Shown in pieces: positions 24,801-37,928 of a stretch of 64,000 bases of DNA. The stretch lies in NCBI RefSeq assembly GCF_021869535.1, contig NW_026262581.1, forward strand, positions 114,762,001-114,826,000. Reading direction: 5' to 3'. Source of the DNA: Mytilus californianus. Its lineage: Eukaryota. The first letter of the stretch is position 1. Each line of letters starts with the position of its first letter. A model generated the notes under the pieces. It saw only the letters and a list, made by a program, of their open reading frames with translations, was not told where the DNA came from and did not search any database. Position numbers and translations under genes: made by a program.

Positions 24801-26134
24801 AAAACACGTAAAGTAAATTCCAAGACATTTGAAAATCAATATCCACATGCAATGGCAATTTTATGAAATAATATATACATCAGTGCCAATGCACGATTTG
24901 CATAAAAACGGTCATTGTGATTCTACTTGGCAAATCACATTAAAGTGAAAAATCCTGACTTGAGCACATTACGAAATACCAGGGGCAATACAAACAAAGA
25001 AAAACGAAGAAAAGGTCAGACAACAGTCACAGACAACAAAAATGGGTAACACGAACCCTATAAGTATAGATGATGATTACAAATTGCCAGTATATATATA
25101 GACGTTGATTACTGTGACCTTGAAGTTTAGTAATATTTTTTATTCCTTATATTTTTGTAGCAGGATTACACGGAATTCTATAAAATACACCAATTAATAC
25201 AGATACACCAATTAATTCAGATAGACCAATCAATGCAGATTTTAAATGAATGATTGAGAGTTGCTTACTTAACATCCAGTCGGAAATATATCGTGCATAT
25301 TAAGGACAATTTTAATGTTTTAGGGAGTAACACTGTGTAAGCAGTATAAAGACAATTACTCTCTTTCTATTGTCAGTCTTTATTGAACAAATACCATTGT
25401 CATTTTGGCGACTTTAAAGTGCATCATAAGTCTTCAATTTAGACGGTTACCACAAAACCATTAAGGAAAGTATTGAGATGTTTTAACTTTTTGTAATTCA
25501 TTCCAGATTTTATTACTGTGTCTAAAAGCTTTTTCGCCTGATGACGTTGATCAATATCATTTTTAAAACTGAACTTCTGACAATGGTTGTGGTGTTTTAA
25601 GTCTCACGATAAAGTGATTTTCTTGTCAAGTTTTCCATTTGAGATATAAGTCAAGTTCTTCCAATGAGATTTGACACGAGGCACTGTGTCAATGAGCATA
25701 TTCATTACGACCTCTGCATGTTTACAGTTTGACCACAATTCTGCATTTTTACATGAATGTCTAATTCATTCGATATATAACCGATCACACTATCTGCCAA
25801 CTGCATCTATAAAGGGCAAAACAAACACATAAATGAACCTCTTAATTGCAAATAATGCAATAAGTTTTATTTGTGTATTATTGTCCACACAAAGGCAAGT
25901 AAGGCCATCGAGGCAGAAAAAGGAAGAAAACATTCTTCAGATTTGTTTGTGTGATGTATTTGATAAAATGCATGTACTATTTGTTCATTTCAGATAATTT
26001 GTCTAAATGAATCGAACATATTTTTTATGTTAAATTTATGTAATATGTTTCATTTGCTTTATAAGTTTTCAGTGAAACACGATTGAACTTTTCTATTAAA
26101 GTTCTTCTGTGTTTCAGTAAGGTTCTTCTTATTT

Positions 26135-26780
26135 GTCTTCCCAACAGTTAGTGTGGAGCGTACCTGATGAAGGTAGTTCATTTGTCTTTCCGAACATTTA
26201 GTGTTTATAGAAAAGAAGATGTGGTATGATTGCAAATGAGACAACTCTTCACAAGAGACCAAATGACACAGAATTTAACAACTATAGGTCACCGTGCGGC
26301 CTTCAACAATGCAATAGCATACCCGGTGTAGGTAACTTAACTGTTTTTAAGAACATTTAGAGTTGAGCATTTAGCGTTGAGCATAACCTATGAAGGTAGC
26401 CTATTTGTTTTCCTGAACATTTAGTGTTGGGCCTTTAGTGTTTAACATGCACGATTAAGGTAACTTATTTGTTTTCTCGAACATTTAGTGTTGGGCTTTA
26501 TGTGTTTAGCATACCCGTTGAAGGTATCTTATTTGTTTTCCCAAACATTTAGTGTTGGGCATTAAGTGTTTAGCATACCCGTTTAAGGTAGCCTATTTGT
26601 TTTCCCGAACATTTAGTGTTGGGCATATAGTGTTTAGCATACCCGTTGAAGGTAGCTTATTTGTTTTCCCGATCATTTAGTGTTGGGCGTACACGTGAAG
26701 GTAGTTCATTTGTCTTTCTGAACATTTAGTGTTGAGCATACCCCATATGAAGGCAGTTCATTTGTTTTCCCTAACATTTC
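26135..26780. repeat. Degenerate ~50-65-bp tandem repeat
   Basis: Recurrent aacatttagtgttgggc..agcatacccgttgaaggtagcttatttgttttcccg. Confidence 0.8.
26213..26311 (+). mobile_element. Short dispersed (SINE-like) repeat, best copy in the window
   Basis: aagaagatgtggtatgattgcaaatgagacaactc..ggtcaccgtgcggccttcaacaatg. Similar partial copies at about 11988, 18420, 23608 and 34810. Confidence 0.65.
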
Positions 26781-28486
26781 GTTTGATTGCTACTGTTATC
26801 TATTCAGCCTCTAGAGACATAGTTGAGTGTTCAGTTAATTTGAGTTTTATATGGTTATGTAGACAAGAATAAGTCAATCAATGAAAAAGGCTAATATTCT
26901 CCTATAACTGTATAGACACGCTGTATCGGCAAGTCTGTATTTCTTATAAATTTTATAGTTAGTTTTGGTGTATTAGCGAGTGTAGTATCGTTACTTCATA
27001 GTTTCGAAATAGAAAAAAATATGTATTATTGCATCGTTCCAGCAACGGGCGGGTTTTATTTACTAACAAAGTTTTTGATTTTTACTAGGATATTTAACTA
27101 ATTTAAAATTAAAAATGTATATATCAGATGGTCAGGTTGCAAAAGAGCTTGCTTAATAATGTAACAATACTGGAAATGTAATAAAAAAGTGGGAAACCAT
27201 TTAGAATGAAAAAGGCAGGTCCAATTTACCTAAATTCTTTTCATTGACGAAAAAATCTTTCAATCATTACAGTTCGAGATCTTCATCTGTCTGCTTTGAG
27301 GTCGTGTCTCTGAACAACTAGTCAATGCTTTCGTGCCTAAAGATGGATCAACATTTAAGTTGTTGACAATATTTTGTCAAAAAGGTCGAACCAAATTCCC
27401 CTGAATTTGTTTCTGTCAGAAAATTGTGAATTCTTCTGTAATTTGAATATTCAAGATTCTGTATAACATACTTCAATTTGTTAAAATTTGTATTAAATAA
27501 TATCCAATTGTTAGACAATTTTGGTAAAATTTAACAAAATTTACATGTTTTTGTAAAAAGTTTGCTTCGACTGAAATCTAATAATTTGTATCTTAAAACG
27601 ATATAAATTTATATTCAATACAGTTTTGGTTTTGGTTAAAAAAAAAAAAATCTGAAACTCGTTCGGAGGAATAGCGGGGACTTGTCTATATATATTTATC
27701 AGTTGAAACATTATTAATGTTGGTTGTGGTTGTCCTTCGATGCAAAAAATTGAAGAATTTGCTGAATTGTGTCAAAATTGTCCTTACAGCAATTGATTAA
27801 CATTTTGGTTTAATCTGGGACTATTATACTAATATAATATATTATGTCCCAGGTTTAATTGATATTTTCAAAATCTATGCATTATCTTAAGGGTATATAA
27901 TGTGGTCTGTTTAATAGACTTCATTAACTCTCTGATCTTGACTCTATGAATGCTACTGGCCATATCTCTACTTTTAGAGCTACTCTTCAGAGTTGTTCAT
28001 CGATAATCTTTCTAACACATTTTACGAAATTCAAACCTTACATAGATATTAACAGCCAATCGTAAATTATTCACATGAGTTCATCTTTTTTTTTTAATTG
28101 AATTTTTTTTTGCATGTTCCTTGAAGATAATGATCATAATGGCAAAACAATATGTTGACACAAAACAATCATGTGGTTTAAAATATTTTCATGATATTTA
28201 CGCCATCCATTTCTTCTTAAAATTATCTTATTACCAGTTCTTGAAACCAAATATCGTGTTCCTGCAAAATAATTTGAAACCGATAGATTGTACACCATTT
28301 GTACAATAAATCATTTAGCTGACACTGTCTTTTGTTTGTTTTTAATTATAAGGAAAGAAGATGAACTAAATTCAATTTGTTGCTTTTATTGAATTAAACA
28401 GTTTTGCATATTATTGTTTGTCTGTTCAGAGTGGGAAAATAATTATCCGGTTAACTCGATAGAAATCTTAATCATTTTTTGGTGTA

Positions 28487-28884
28487 GTTGTTACTATTAT
28501 TATTAGCTGTCACCTTTTTCTGACCAGTTTACAAACAACAGTGATCTGTGTAAGTTGTTACTATTATTATTAGCTGTCACCTTTTTCTGACCAGTTTACA
28601 AACTACATTGATCTGTGTAAGTTGTTACTATTATTATTAGCTGTCACCTTTTTCTGATCAGTTTACAAACTACATTGATCTGTGTAAGTTGTTACTATTA
28701 TTATTAGCTGTCACCTTTTTCTGATCAGTTTACAAACTACATTTATCTGTGTAAGTTGTTACTATTATTATTAGCTGTCACCTTTTTCTGATCAGTTTAC
28801 AAACTACATTGATCTGTGTAAGTTGTTACTTTTATTATTAGTTGTCACCTTTTTCTGACCAGTTTACAAACTACATTGATCTGA
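28487..28884. repeat. 67-bp tandem repeat, 6 copies
   Basis: Unit starts at 28487, 28554, 28621 and onward: gttgttactattattattagctgtcacctttttctgaccagtttacaaactacattgatctgtgtaa. Confidence 0.95.
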
Positions 28885-28975
28885 TCACTTAGTCTGTGAT
28901 CATTGGGCTCAGTAATAAGTCTGCAAATTTATCTTCATTTTCCGAGAACACTCGTGGTCAAGTTATATTTTGTTT

Positions 28976-29210
28976 TGTTCTAGACCATCGTATCAGCATT
29001 GTTCTCGACCATCGTATCAGCATTGTTCTCGACCATCGTATCAGCATTGTTCTCGACCATCGTATCAGCATTGTTCTCGACCATCGTATCAGCATTGTTC
29101 TCGATCATCGTATCAGCATTGTTCTCGACCATCGTATCAGCAGTGTTCTCGACCATCGTATCAGCATATTTCTCGACCATCGTATCAACATATTTCTCGT
29201 ATCAGCATTT
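28976..29210. repeat. 24-bp tandem repeat, about 9 copies
   Basis: Unit tgttctcgaccatcgtatcagcat; explains four overlapping repetitive ORFs. Confidence 0.95.
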
Positions 29211-29890
29211 TTCTCTGGATTTCCTGTATACTTATTTTCTCCAGTAAACGTTCTTATTGTGCACGGTATAAGTCTGATGAACTATCACATTGCTCTGATT
29301 ATATTGAGAAAAGATAAATAGGCAAAGATGGATAGTTATCTCATGATAAAAGACATTAACAAGTATATTATCCCCGCTATCAATCTACTTGTTAGGTTTT
29401 GCTGTTTTTAACGATATTCGTTCAGGTCTGACACAGTTTGATACTGTATTATTTCCCAAAGAAATCGAAGGGCAATATAAGTAGTTTTTTTTATAATATA
29501 ACTCGATTACGTCTCCAATAGCAAGTGCAGGTGATCTGCATGTTGTTTTATTTATTGAAGAAAAAGTTAAATGCAGAATGAAGAAAAAAAGTGTATTGAC
29601 TATATAAATCGCATCTATAATTGAACTTGAAGAGAAGGATGCAACAGATAGTGAGATATATACATATTTTGTTTTGCACCTAGTGACAGTGTGGCTAAGA
29701 ACTATATTTTTTTTCTTCAACTTTTCCTTGTCTTTATGCATCATACATCACCTACTCTTTATTCGTTTAGGCAGACTTCATATTTAAGAGCCTCTCGTGA
29801 ATAATGGTAGGACGTTGGAATTATGAATTAACTCCAAGTTACGCTTTATAGATGATGTCCTCGTAATGAGCGGTTCAAAGTTTTGATTGG

Positions 29891-29948
29891 GTTGACCGTT
29901 ATGGCCGGAATATCTGTCTCACAGATGACTACGGATATGTTCCACTTG
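29891..29948 (+). mobile_element. Penelope-like element scrap
   Basis: Reads VDRYG-(small insertion)-GISVSQMTTDMFHL, the recalled continuation of the bivalve PLE RT C-terminus. Confidence 0.45.
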
Positions 29949-30737
29949 ACTATAAGCTGAGTTGATACGATATTAAACATGACGATGCATCAAGTCATCA
30001 GTGGTAACCTTCATAATTGGAAAATTTACGGGTTCGAGTTTCCCTTTCTTGTTCTTTTACAATTACAAAGAGGGACTTTTATTTTTTTGTCGTTTGAGAT
30101 TATTTTCAAATAACCGTGACATTTCGTTATCATTTTAGAATACGATTATTTATATTCATTTGGGATTATAATCCGATAAACGGTTATTTGGGTCTATATT
30201 TTAACAGGAGAAGGTCCACAAAGACCAAAATGTCCCTAACTATTGAACTATGTCTTATCCAATCTAAAACACAAAAGTATTTTCCAAAATAAACAATGTC
30301 AGATAAGCAAATCATATATGGCTTCAATTAAAGTATCGTGCTATTCGGGTTAAGCCAAGTTTTTTTTTAAATGTATAGTTAAAAATTTCCTTTTTTTAGC
30401 ATTGGCACACCCTTCGACCAAAAACTTTATATGTAAAAAAAAGCCGCGTTTTACTTTGTTTGAAATACACAATCGAAAATATATATATATATCGGTCATT
30501 GCATGTGGCAACGAAAAAAAAAACATCCTAAATTTAGAGGAAATTATTTAAAACTATCATTTCCATAATCAATATGTAAACATTAATTGTTTAACCTATC
30601 AATCTACATGGCAACATATTTTTATCATTGACCTCGCACTTGTCTAAATTTTGGCATTGACGTTATAATTCTATTATGAATTTAAGTGGATATGTTATTA
30701 TTGCTAGTAATTTGTAAATTTTGTTTTAGCTGATGTT

Positions 30738-30756
30738 CTTTTTTTTTTTTTTTTAG
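30738..30756 (+). promoter_or_regulatory. Polypyrimidine tract and splice acceptor of a 5'UTR intron of the GPCR gene
   Basis: Long T run ending in AG at 30755-30756, about 85 nt before the ATG. Confidence 0.65.
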
Positions 30757-30839
30757 ATATCATCTGCGAAATCCAAGACGGCATCTTAATCTTAATCGGA
30801 TGTTCTAGTATCTATTGTGATCAAATCTAGAATCTCACA

Positions 30840-32018
30840 ATGAACGGATCATTAAATTATGCAGCCAGCACAAATCTAACGACCATATATAATCTGTCTG
30901 ACATCAACTCTGAAATTGTAGATTTTACTGAAATAGAGTTGAACAAATCACCGAGTTTTATCAAACATGACTCTGGATTTATTGTGGTAACTAAACTAAT
31001 TATACTGACAGTTATTATGGCCGTCGGAATCACTTGTAATGTTATAATCATATATTCTATAGGAAATAAGCCTCAATTTCATGGACCACCATTTTATTAT
31101 TTGATTAGTCTGTCAGTTTCCGATCTATCCAGGACAATCTTTTGTTTCCCTTTTGTTCTTTCTTCTATTGTGGAAGGATCTATATGGAAACATGGGGATT
31201 CCTCATGTACGCTTTTGGCATTTGCAAATACATTTTTTGTATTCAGTTCTGTTGTAGCTTTATTTGCTATTGCAGTAGACAGACATCTTGCCATTGTTCA
31301 TACACAGTTTCACAAAAGACGATCACGTGGGTTTATGAATCTCGCTATTGTAGTTGTTGGTTGGTTAGTGTCGTTTGCTGTTTCGTTCCCGCCAGTTTTT
31401 GGAATGGGTACATACAAATACATACCAGAAGAATCGCAGTGTACCTTTAGGCATCACACCTACCGCGGTAATGATACATTAGGGTTTCTTTTAGTTATGA
31501 CTGGAGTTATGACTGGTACTATCTTATTATATGTGAAAATATTTATATTTCTAAGAAACCACAGGAGAATGTGTCCATTACAGAGACATATTCCAGCACG
31601 TAGTAATAATTGGGCATTTATTGGCCCAGGTGCCAATGGACATCTTATGATGAATTGGATCAATGGATTTACAAACGGCATGAATCAAATTCCAACAATA
31701 CCACAAAATCTAGCCCATATTGCAGGTCGTATTCGGCTGCCAAGGCCAGTAAAGAATGAACATTTGACGAAAAAGTTCTTATTTGTAACAATTATGTTCG
31801 ACTCGTTGTGGATTCCATATTTAGTGAAAGCTTTTATCTCGACGTTAAATGAAACTGAAATTCCATATGTTGTTGGGACTATATTATCGTGGATGACCTA
31901 TATGCAAGTGGCTCTATGTCCACTTATATACTTATGTCTAATGACAGTTAAAACTAAATCAAAGAAAAAAGATAATAATGAGGACGCAATATACCAGATT
32001 GATTCTGGACAACTTTGA
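30840..32018 (+). CDS. GPR85-like: Class A (rhodopsin-like) 7TM GPCR, SREB family (GPR85/GPR27/GPR173-like), 392 aa
   Basis: Seven hydrophobic segments, N-glycosylation sequons at the N-terminus, LSVSD, DRH, WIPY. SFPPVFGMGTYKYIPEESQCTFRHHTYRGNDTLGF and NWAFIGPGANG match the recalled GPR85 segments SFPPVLDVGTYSFIREEDQCTFQHRSFRANDSLGF and NWTFHGPGASG. Confidence 0.9.
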   Translation: MNGSLNYAASTNLTTIYNLSDINSEIVDFTEIELNKSPSFIKHDSGFIVVTKLIILTVIMAVGITCNVIIIYSIGNKPQFHGPPFYYLISLSVSDLSRTIFCFPFVLSSIVEGSIWKHGDSSCTLLAFANTFFVFSSVVALFAIAVDRHLAIVHTQFHKRRSRGFMNLAIVVVGWLVSFAVSFPPVFGMGTYKYIPEESQCTFRHHTYRGNDTLGFLLVMTGVMTGTILLYVKIFIFLRNHRRMCPLQRHIPARSNNWAFIGPGANGHLMMNWINGFTNGMNQIPTIPQNLAHIAGRIRLPRPVKNEHLTKKFLFVTIMFDSLWIPYLVKAFISTLNETEIPYVVGTILSWMTYMQVALCPLIYLCLMTVKTKSKKKDNNEDAIYQIDSGQL

Positions 32019-32404
32019 TAGAAATTGTGAGCGTAAAAATATCGTTCCGTTGTTTTAAATGGTTGTGAATAGATTTCAATTACTTTTTTTACAATAACTT
32101 TTGTTTGAATATTTAGCGCGTATTTACAAATTGGAAAAAAATAATAATCTATTAGCATGATTTGATGTGTACGAAGCACATGATCAGATTTTATAATCTG
32201 TAAATTTTTCATCTGATATACCCATGACAATCTTAAACAATACAACAAAAAATAACAAAAAGAAACAACACGTTAACCATGATAGAGATAGATCGGAGCG
32301 GAACAAAAAGTTTATAAAGGATTCGTTGCAATAAATAAAAGATAAACATGGTATGTTGGTACAAATTAATATTGGTCTTTCGACTATGCAAATTGATAGC
32401 ATCT

Positions 32405-32745
32405 GGTACCACAGCGATTGATGGTTATCAAGCGACAGTACTAGATACTGGAACGATGATACCACAGCAATTGATGGTTATCAAACGACAGTATACTGGC
32501 TATTCGAACGATGGTGCCACATAGATTGACGAGTCTAAAGCAGCAGAACTGAATACCACAGCAATTGATGGTTATCAATCTGGCAGTATTGACTACTGGA
32601 ACTCTGGTACCGCAGTTATTAACGGTTATCAAACTTGTCGTCCTGGAGACTGAAACGGTGGAATCACAGCGATTGGTGGTTACCAAGCGACAGAACTGAC
32701 TATTTAACCGGTTGTAACACAGCGATTGACGCTCATCACGCGGTA
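32405..32745 (+). repeat. Degenerate ~54-bp (18-codon-like) tandem repeat, about 7 units
   Basis: Recurrent accacagc(a/g)attgatggttatcaa; plus-frame consensus TTAIDGYQxxxLDYWNxG with stops and indels. Confidence 0.7.
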
Positions 32746-33618
32746 GTAATGAACCAGTTGTATTATGAGCGTTCAATACATGTTTCAATTCGCACAATAC
32801 GTGTTTTCATGTCAGCTAGAATACAAATATGCAGGAAACTTTCTATCAGAAAGAAGAACAATTAAAATGAGGCGCAAACATTTTGTTAGTTTTGTTTTAA
32901 GAAGTTTTATCTTTTGTTTTTATACAGAAAAAATTAAATCCGCCATCACAAAATAAATTGTGGTCGAAGGTCTTACTTGTGCAACATCAGAAGTCGTTTT
33001 CCTTTACACATGCTTTCTTGGCTGGAGGCACATTCATCTATCGTGTTCCGTTCCCTGACTGAATTAGATAAATATTGGTATATTTCCACCATGTTAAAAG
33101 CAAACAAATATAGGTGGGTATGCAATATATCAGGGCAACAACTACTAGCATATCATACAAAAAAAATGTATTGGGTTTCGTAGCTTTAGCTTTTGATGTG
33201 TTGTTTATTCAGAACAAACATGTTTTATTTGTTTATTTATTTCTATTATTATGTTTTTAAAAAGGGTTGTCTAGTTTGTATTGCTATACAAAATTCATAA
33301 CTTTTTTTTCTAATTACAAAGCATCTACGATATTTTCCTTGTTATTACTTTTTATTACATCGGATGTGACCTTGACAGGTCTTACCGGTGTTATGTTGCC
33401 GCAGAAATTTCTTTGCAGTTTGACTGATAACCGCGAACGTATTTCGTATAATTACGCGGATATTATCGAGTGCAACATAACATTCCTTATCGCTTGTTAT
33501 ATATTAATTTCATCAATAAATATTCATGAAAATAATTTTTAAGCACATAGATAAATGATATGAAAATGTTTTGTCGTGCGAAATATATATATCAATAACA
33601 AATCATGAATACCGAAAA

Positions 33619-34202
33619 GGAGTAGGTTCAGTAAGACCCCTTTTTGGCCCCAAAATATAGCAGTTTTATTATAAATAAATAAGTTTAATATAAACTTTTA
33701 GCTATTTATTGAAAAGTAGAATACTTCTGTTACATAAATATGGGCTGTTTTTGACAATACAATGCACAGGTATCGGGTAATAGCATCATTAAGTCATGCT
33801 AAATTACTGAAATCTTCACAATTTTAGCATTTTAGTTAATTTTTAGACGGTTTCCGTCTTAAATGGAAGTGGCCGCATTTGTGTTCATTCTTAATATTGA
33901 AATGTAAGTTGTATTTTATGATAATACATAACATATATAAAGGTTGAGGATGAACACGGATGCGGCCACTTTCATTTTTGACAAAAACCATCTGAAAAGT
34001 GACATATTATGGCATATTTGATAGATTTTTAATATTTAAGCTTGAATTTGAGCGTCTTAAATGACTAAATCAGTTCAAATCTTTCACATAAAGTAATTGA
34101 ATCTACTAAAGTAGACACTTAAGTGTTTAAAAAGTGTCCAAAATCTTTCATCAGATTAACCTGAAGTTTTAGGCCAAAATCGGCCCTTACCGGACCTACT
34201 CC
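33619..34202. mobile_element. MITE, copy 2 of the GGAGTAGG family
   Basis: Same TIRs and internal sequence as 6871-7447. Confidence 0.87.
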
Positions 34203-36799
34203 TTTGTGTTAACGCATGCGGAAGAATATTTCGAGAACGTTTTGCAACAAAAGCGGGAAAATATGAATGCCTACTCAAATCCAATCTATTAGAAAAACGA
34301 GTTATTACAGAAGAGTGTCCACCATGCACTTGCACTGCACTATCATTAGAATAGTAGAATATAATGATATATAAATGGATGAAAATTTGCCTGTAGAGTT
34401 ATTAAGATGATCTGCCATATATATAACTGTTATACAAATATTGATATAATATATAACAACAAACCAGAGTATACTGATAACAAATGATTATATCACTACA
34501 ATATAATAATAATTATTACGGTGAGGTTGAATTCCCTGTCATTTATTCATCATCCACACAAGAACTTATCTCAGAAAAAAAAATTATCTATCTACCTTAA
34601 CCCAACTTTCAGATATAGAGATATGAATTTTTTTCTGAGACAAGTGCTTGTGACCATCCACCAGAACTTGCGGTGATCCGATGTTCAGTACTTCAGTACT
34701 TTGATTCTTTAAGCTGAAGCATCTATTTCTATAAAAAGAATGTAAAGCTTTGGTTTTGGTAAACCGTTAATGTCTTTCAATATATAAGTGGGCATGTCTT
34801 ATCAAAATAAGGAGATGTGGTATGATTGCCAATACGATAACTATGAACCAGAGTCCAAATGACATGGGTGTAACAACTGTAGGTCACAATGAACAAAATC
34901 GATACCGAATAGTTAGTTATAAAAGGCCCATCGTAAGAAATGGCCAAAAGCGCATCAAAGTTCAAAAATAGAAAACTTAACAATAAGGAACGAGAAATCG
35001 TAACTTTTGTCATACAATCTCTTGTATCGAGTTTTTCCGTGTGAAACTGAAATATCCAAATTTAGAAATGGACAGTTATTTATGTTTATACTAGATTTAT
35101 TTAAAGTAAGTTCCCTTGGGTATATTTCCGCAGTATAATAAAAAAAATCTTGATTATTTAAGACAAGTTATAACTAATTTAACGGAAAGTTTTATTAAAT
35201 TTATCATTTAAAAGTAATCTTTATTGAGTTTTGCCGTAAATTATGATTCTAGCGATACAGGAAAAATGTCTGCTATTAAAGGGGATCAATTGGTGCCCAT
35301 TGGAATTCATAAACTTGTCGATAAACGAACATAGATGTTGTTTAGGAGAAAATAAACAGCCACAACCATTTTATTACAGTTTCAGTAGATATACATAGTA
35401 TATCAACAGGTTTGTCATATTCTTGCATTGCACGGGAATATATATTTGTGGCTATCTACGTGATTTTTGTATTTTTCCAAATGTTTAATATCATAACTGT
35501 GAATTTATAAAAATGGAGAAAAGTGATGGAAGCCGACAGAAATAGCATTGAATTAGGAGGACTAAATCTGTTAGAGGTGCACTGATTGATAGCTACGCCT
35601 GGAAAAACGTAGTCTTTTTATTTGTTGAAATTTGATTTTGAACAAGCTTTCAGTAACTGCAAGTACTCTTAAATAGGTACTATTTGTCTTCTGTTGTAAT
35701 ATTAGTTTTTATTGTGCTTAGTACCGAACTTACAATTTAAGTCTAGCCCTTTGTTACTGCTTTTTACAGTTGTTTTGTGTTGTGCTGTTACGCACCGTTT
35801 CGGGTTAAGATGAGCGTCCATAAACATGTGTAACCACGTTACCCTCCGAACGTGTAAGTCAGGATGAAGTCCTAAAAGTTATTTGTTGCCGTCTATCATA
35901 ATTATTTATTTTTTATTCTTATAAGCTCAAATCAGGACGTCAATTTTTTCTTTCGTTATTGGCCTTCGGCTGTTATCTGCTCTTCGGCCGGGTTGTTGTC
36001 TCTTTGACATATTCCCCATTTCCATTCTAAATTTTACTTATCCTTCGGTGGATATTTTTCTCATTTGGCAATAATACAGCACCCCCTATTTTCCCATTTA
36101 AGTCACATTATGCAAACAATAATAGACGTCAGCCGTTTCACCATCTACTAATACAGATGGGAAAGGAAACGCTAATAAACGAATTTTGAAATAGTAAAAA
36201 GAATTTTATTGTTGTGCAACCTTTTTTTCCTGGTGTATTCGACAGATATATTTATGCAAAAAATAATGAATAGATTTGCCAGACATTACACTTCATGCAC
36301 ATTAATCGTGTAAAGAAGTTATCTAATAAGGTTCCTTAAAATGACATACTATGCAATTACATGTATAGTTGAACGGATGATTCACACTTTTTAACATTTA
36401 AAGTACATTTAAATGTATAGAGTTGTATTCAATTCTTTTTAATAGATAAGTCAGATATGATTGTTCGACACCAGGGTTAAGTGACATTGTGTAGCGAAGT
36501 GTAAGTCAATACATGCACCCCATATATTTGTTTTTTCTTTGTGGAAAATTATCGCTTCGTTTAATTTTCTTTCAATTGGCATATGACCGGGTATACAAAG
36601 TCGGTAGTTTGAAATTCATTATAAGCTCAAAGTAGAAAATTATTGAGGTTTTGTCAATTTAAAGATATCGATTATTTATTATCATTTGGAAATTTTTAGG
36701 TTATTACACGTGATTCAATTTTGTTAGTTGGACAAGTATGTATATGTTCTTTAAATGACTTCCGAAGGTGCCAATGCGGTTTTGAAATTCTAAGTCAAA

Positions 36800-37085
36800 A
36801 TGGAGTGGAATCGAAAAATAGAGGACAAACTTACAGAAAATTGGCAATGGTTGATGAAGACAGTCATGCTGAAAGAAATCGTCCATGTTTTGATAGAAGA
36901 CAAAGTTATAGCTCTGGATTTCTGGATGAATCTAAAAGAGAAACAAATTTCTGAGCAGGATAGGAATGCGAATTTTTTCTTCGAAGTTTCCAAATTCACA
37001 AAGGAGAGATATAGAATGTTTGTTGATGCTTTGAGAAAGGGAGGACACAGTCACCTAGCTGATATGTTGGAAATAAAACCACAAG
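36800..37085 (+). CDS. CARD (death-fold) exon, first coding exon of a CARD-coiled-coil gene
   Basis: MEWNRKIEDKLTENWQWLMKTVMLKEIVHVLIEDKVI..EQDRNANFFFEV..YRMFVDALRKGGHSHLADML fits the six-helix CARD pattern (L..N...L; F..AL...G..HLA..L). Donor CAAG|GTATAA, phase 1. Confidence 0.75.
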
Positions 37086-37928
37086 GTATAACGAATAATT
37101 TACTGAATGAATTTTCATATAGATGTTAATTTTGTAAAATTTTAATATATTCACATATTCCAACTTTTCCTTACATTTATACCAAGGTTTCGTTATTGGT
37201 GTGTAACAACCAGGTATGTGTTCAACAGGAAAACTTTCCTATGCGATCTTGTATTGAATAAGTCATAATGGTACAATTTCAAAGTTTTTGTAAGGCCGAC
37301 TCAAAGAGAAAATTTGTGCATGTTAAATTTTCAAAATCTTCATTATTATTTTTTTTCACGAATACAATAGCGATCCTAGATTCAGTCGTGTCGTCGGCGT
37401 CGTCAACATTTAGTTACAGACTGCGGTTAAAGTTTTGATAGACATCAATTAATATATCATGGAATTTTAGAAACATGGACGGAAGCTTACTCAAGAGAGC
37501 ATCCAGCAGGAGCAAAATTTGATTTATTTTCTCTAATTTTTCGGTATTTTATTAATAATGGACTTAAATTGTTTCGACAACCATAAAGATACAGTCTTGT
37601 GTTATTTAGACATCACTTTGCAAAACCTTTATTTTATGGAGTTTTATGAAATTTGGACAGGGATAGCGTGTTTTTGGAAGTCAACATAACACCTTTTCAC
37701 TGACAGCATTCGCATTAAAATTTGTCGATATCTTAGAATTGTATAAAAATCAACAGACTGATAAATTAAATTGACATGCGTGCTCCATTGATGAGAAACA
37801 AAGGAGTAGGATAAATTTCATCTGTATATATTTCTTTCACTCTCTTAGCTTTGAAAACTTTACCTATTTTCGAACACGCATATGGTGCATCCAATTATGA
37901 TTTGTATCTTGTTACTTTGTATTATTAT

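Noticed and set aside
28896-29321. Four overlapping repetitive ORFs (IVLDHRIS, SRPSYQHC, VENNADTM and similar)
   Set aside because: All arise from a stop-free 24-bp tandem repeat; no splice or codon-position evidence for any one frame.
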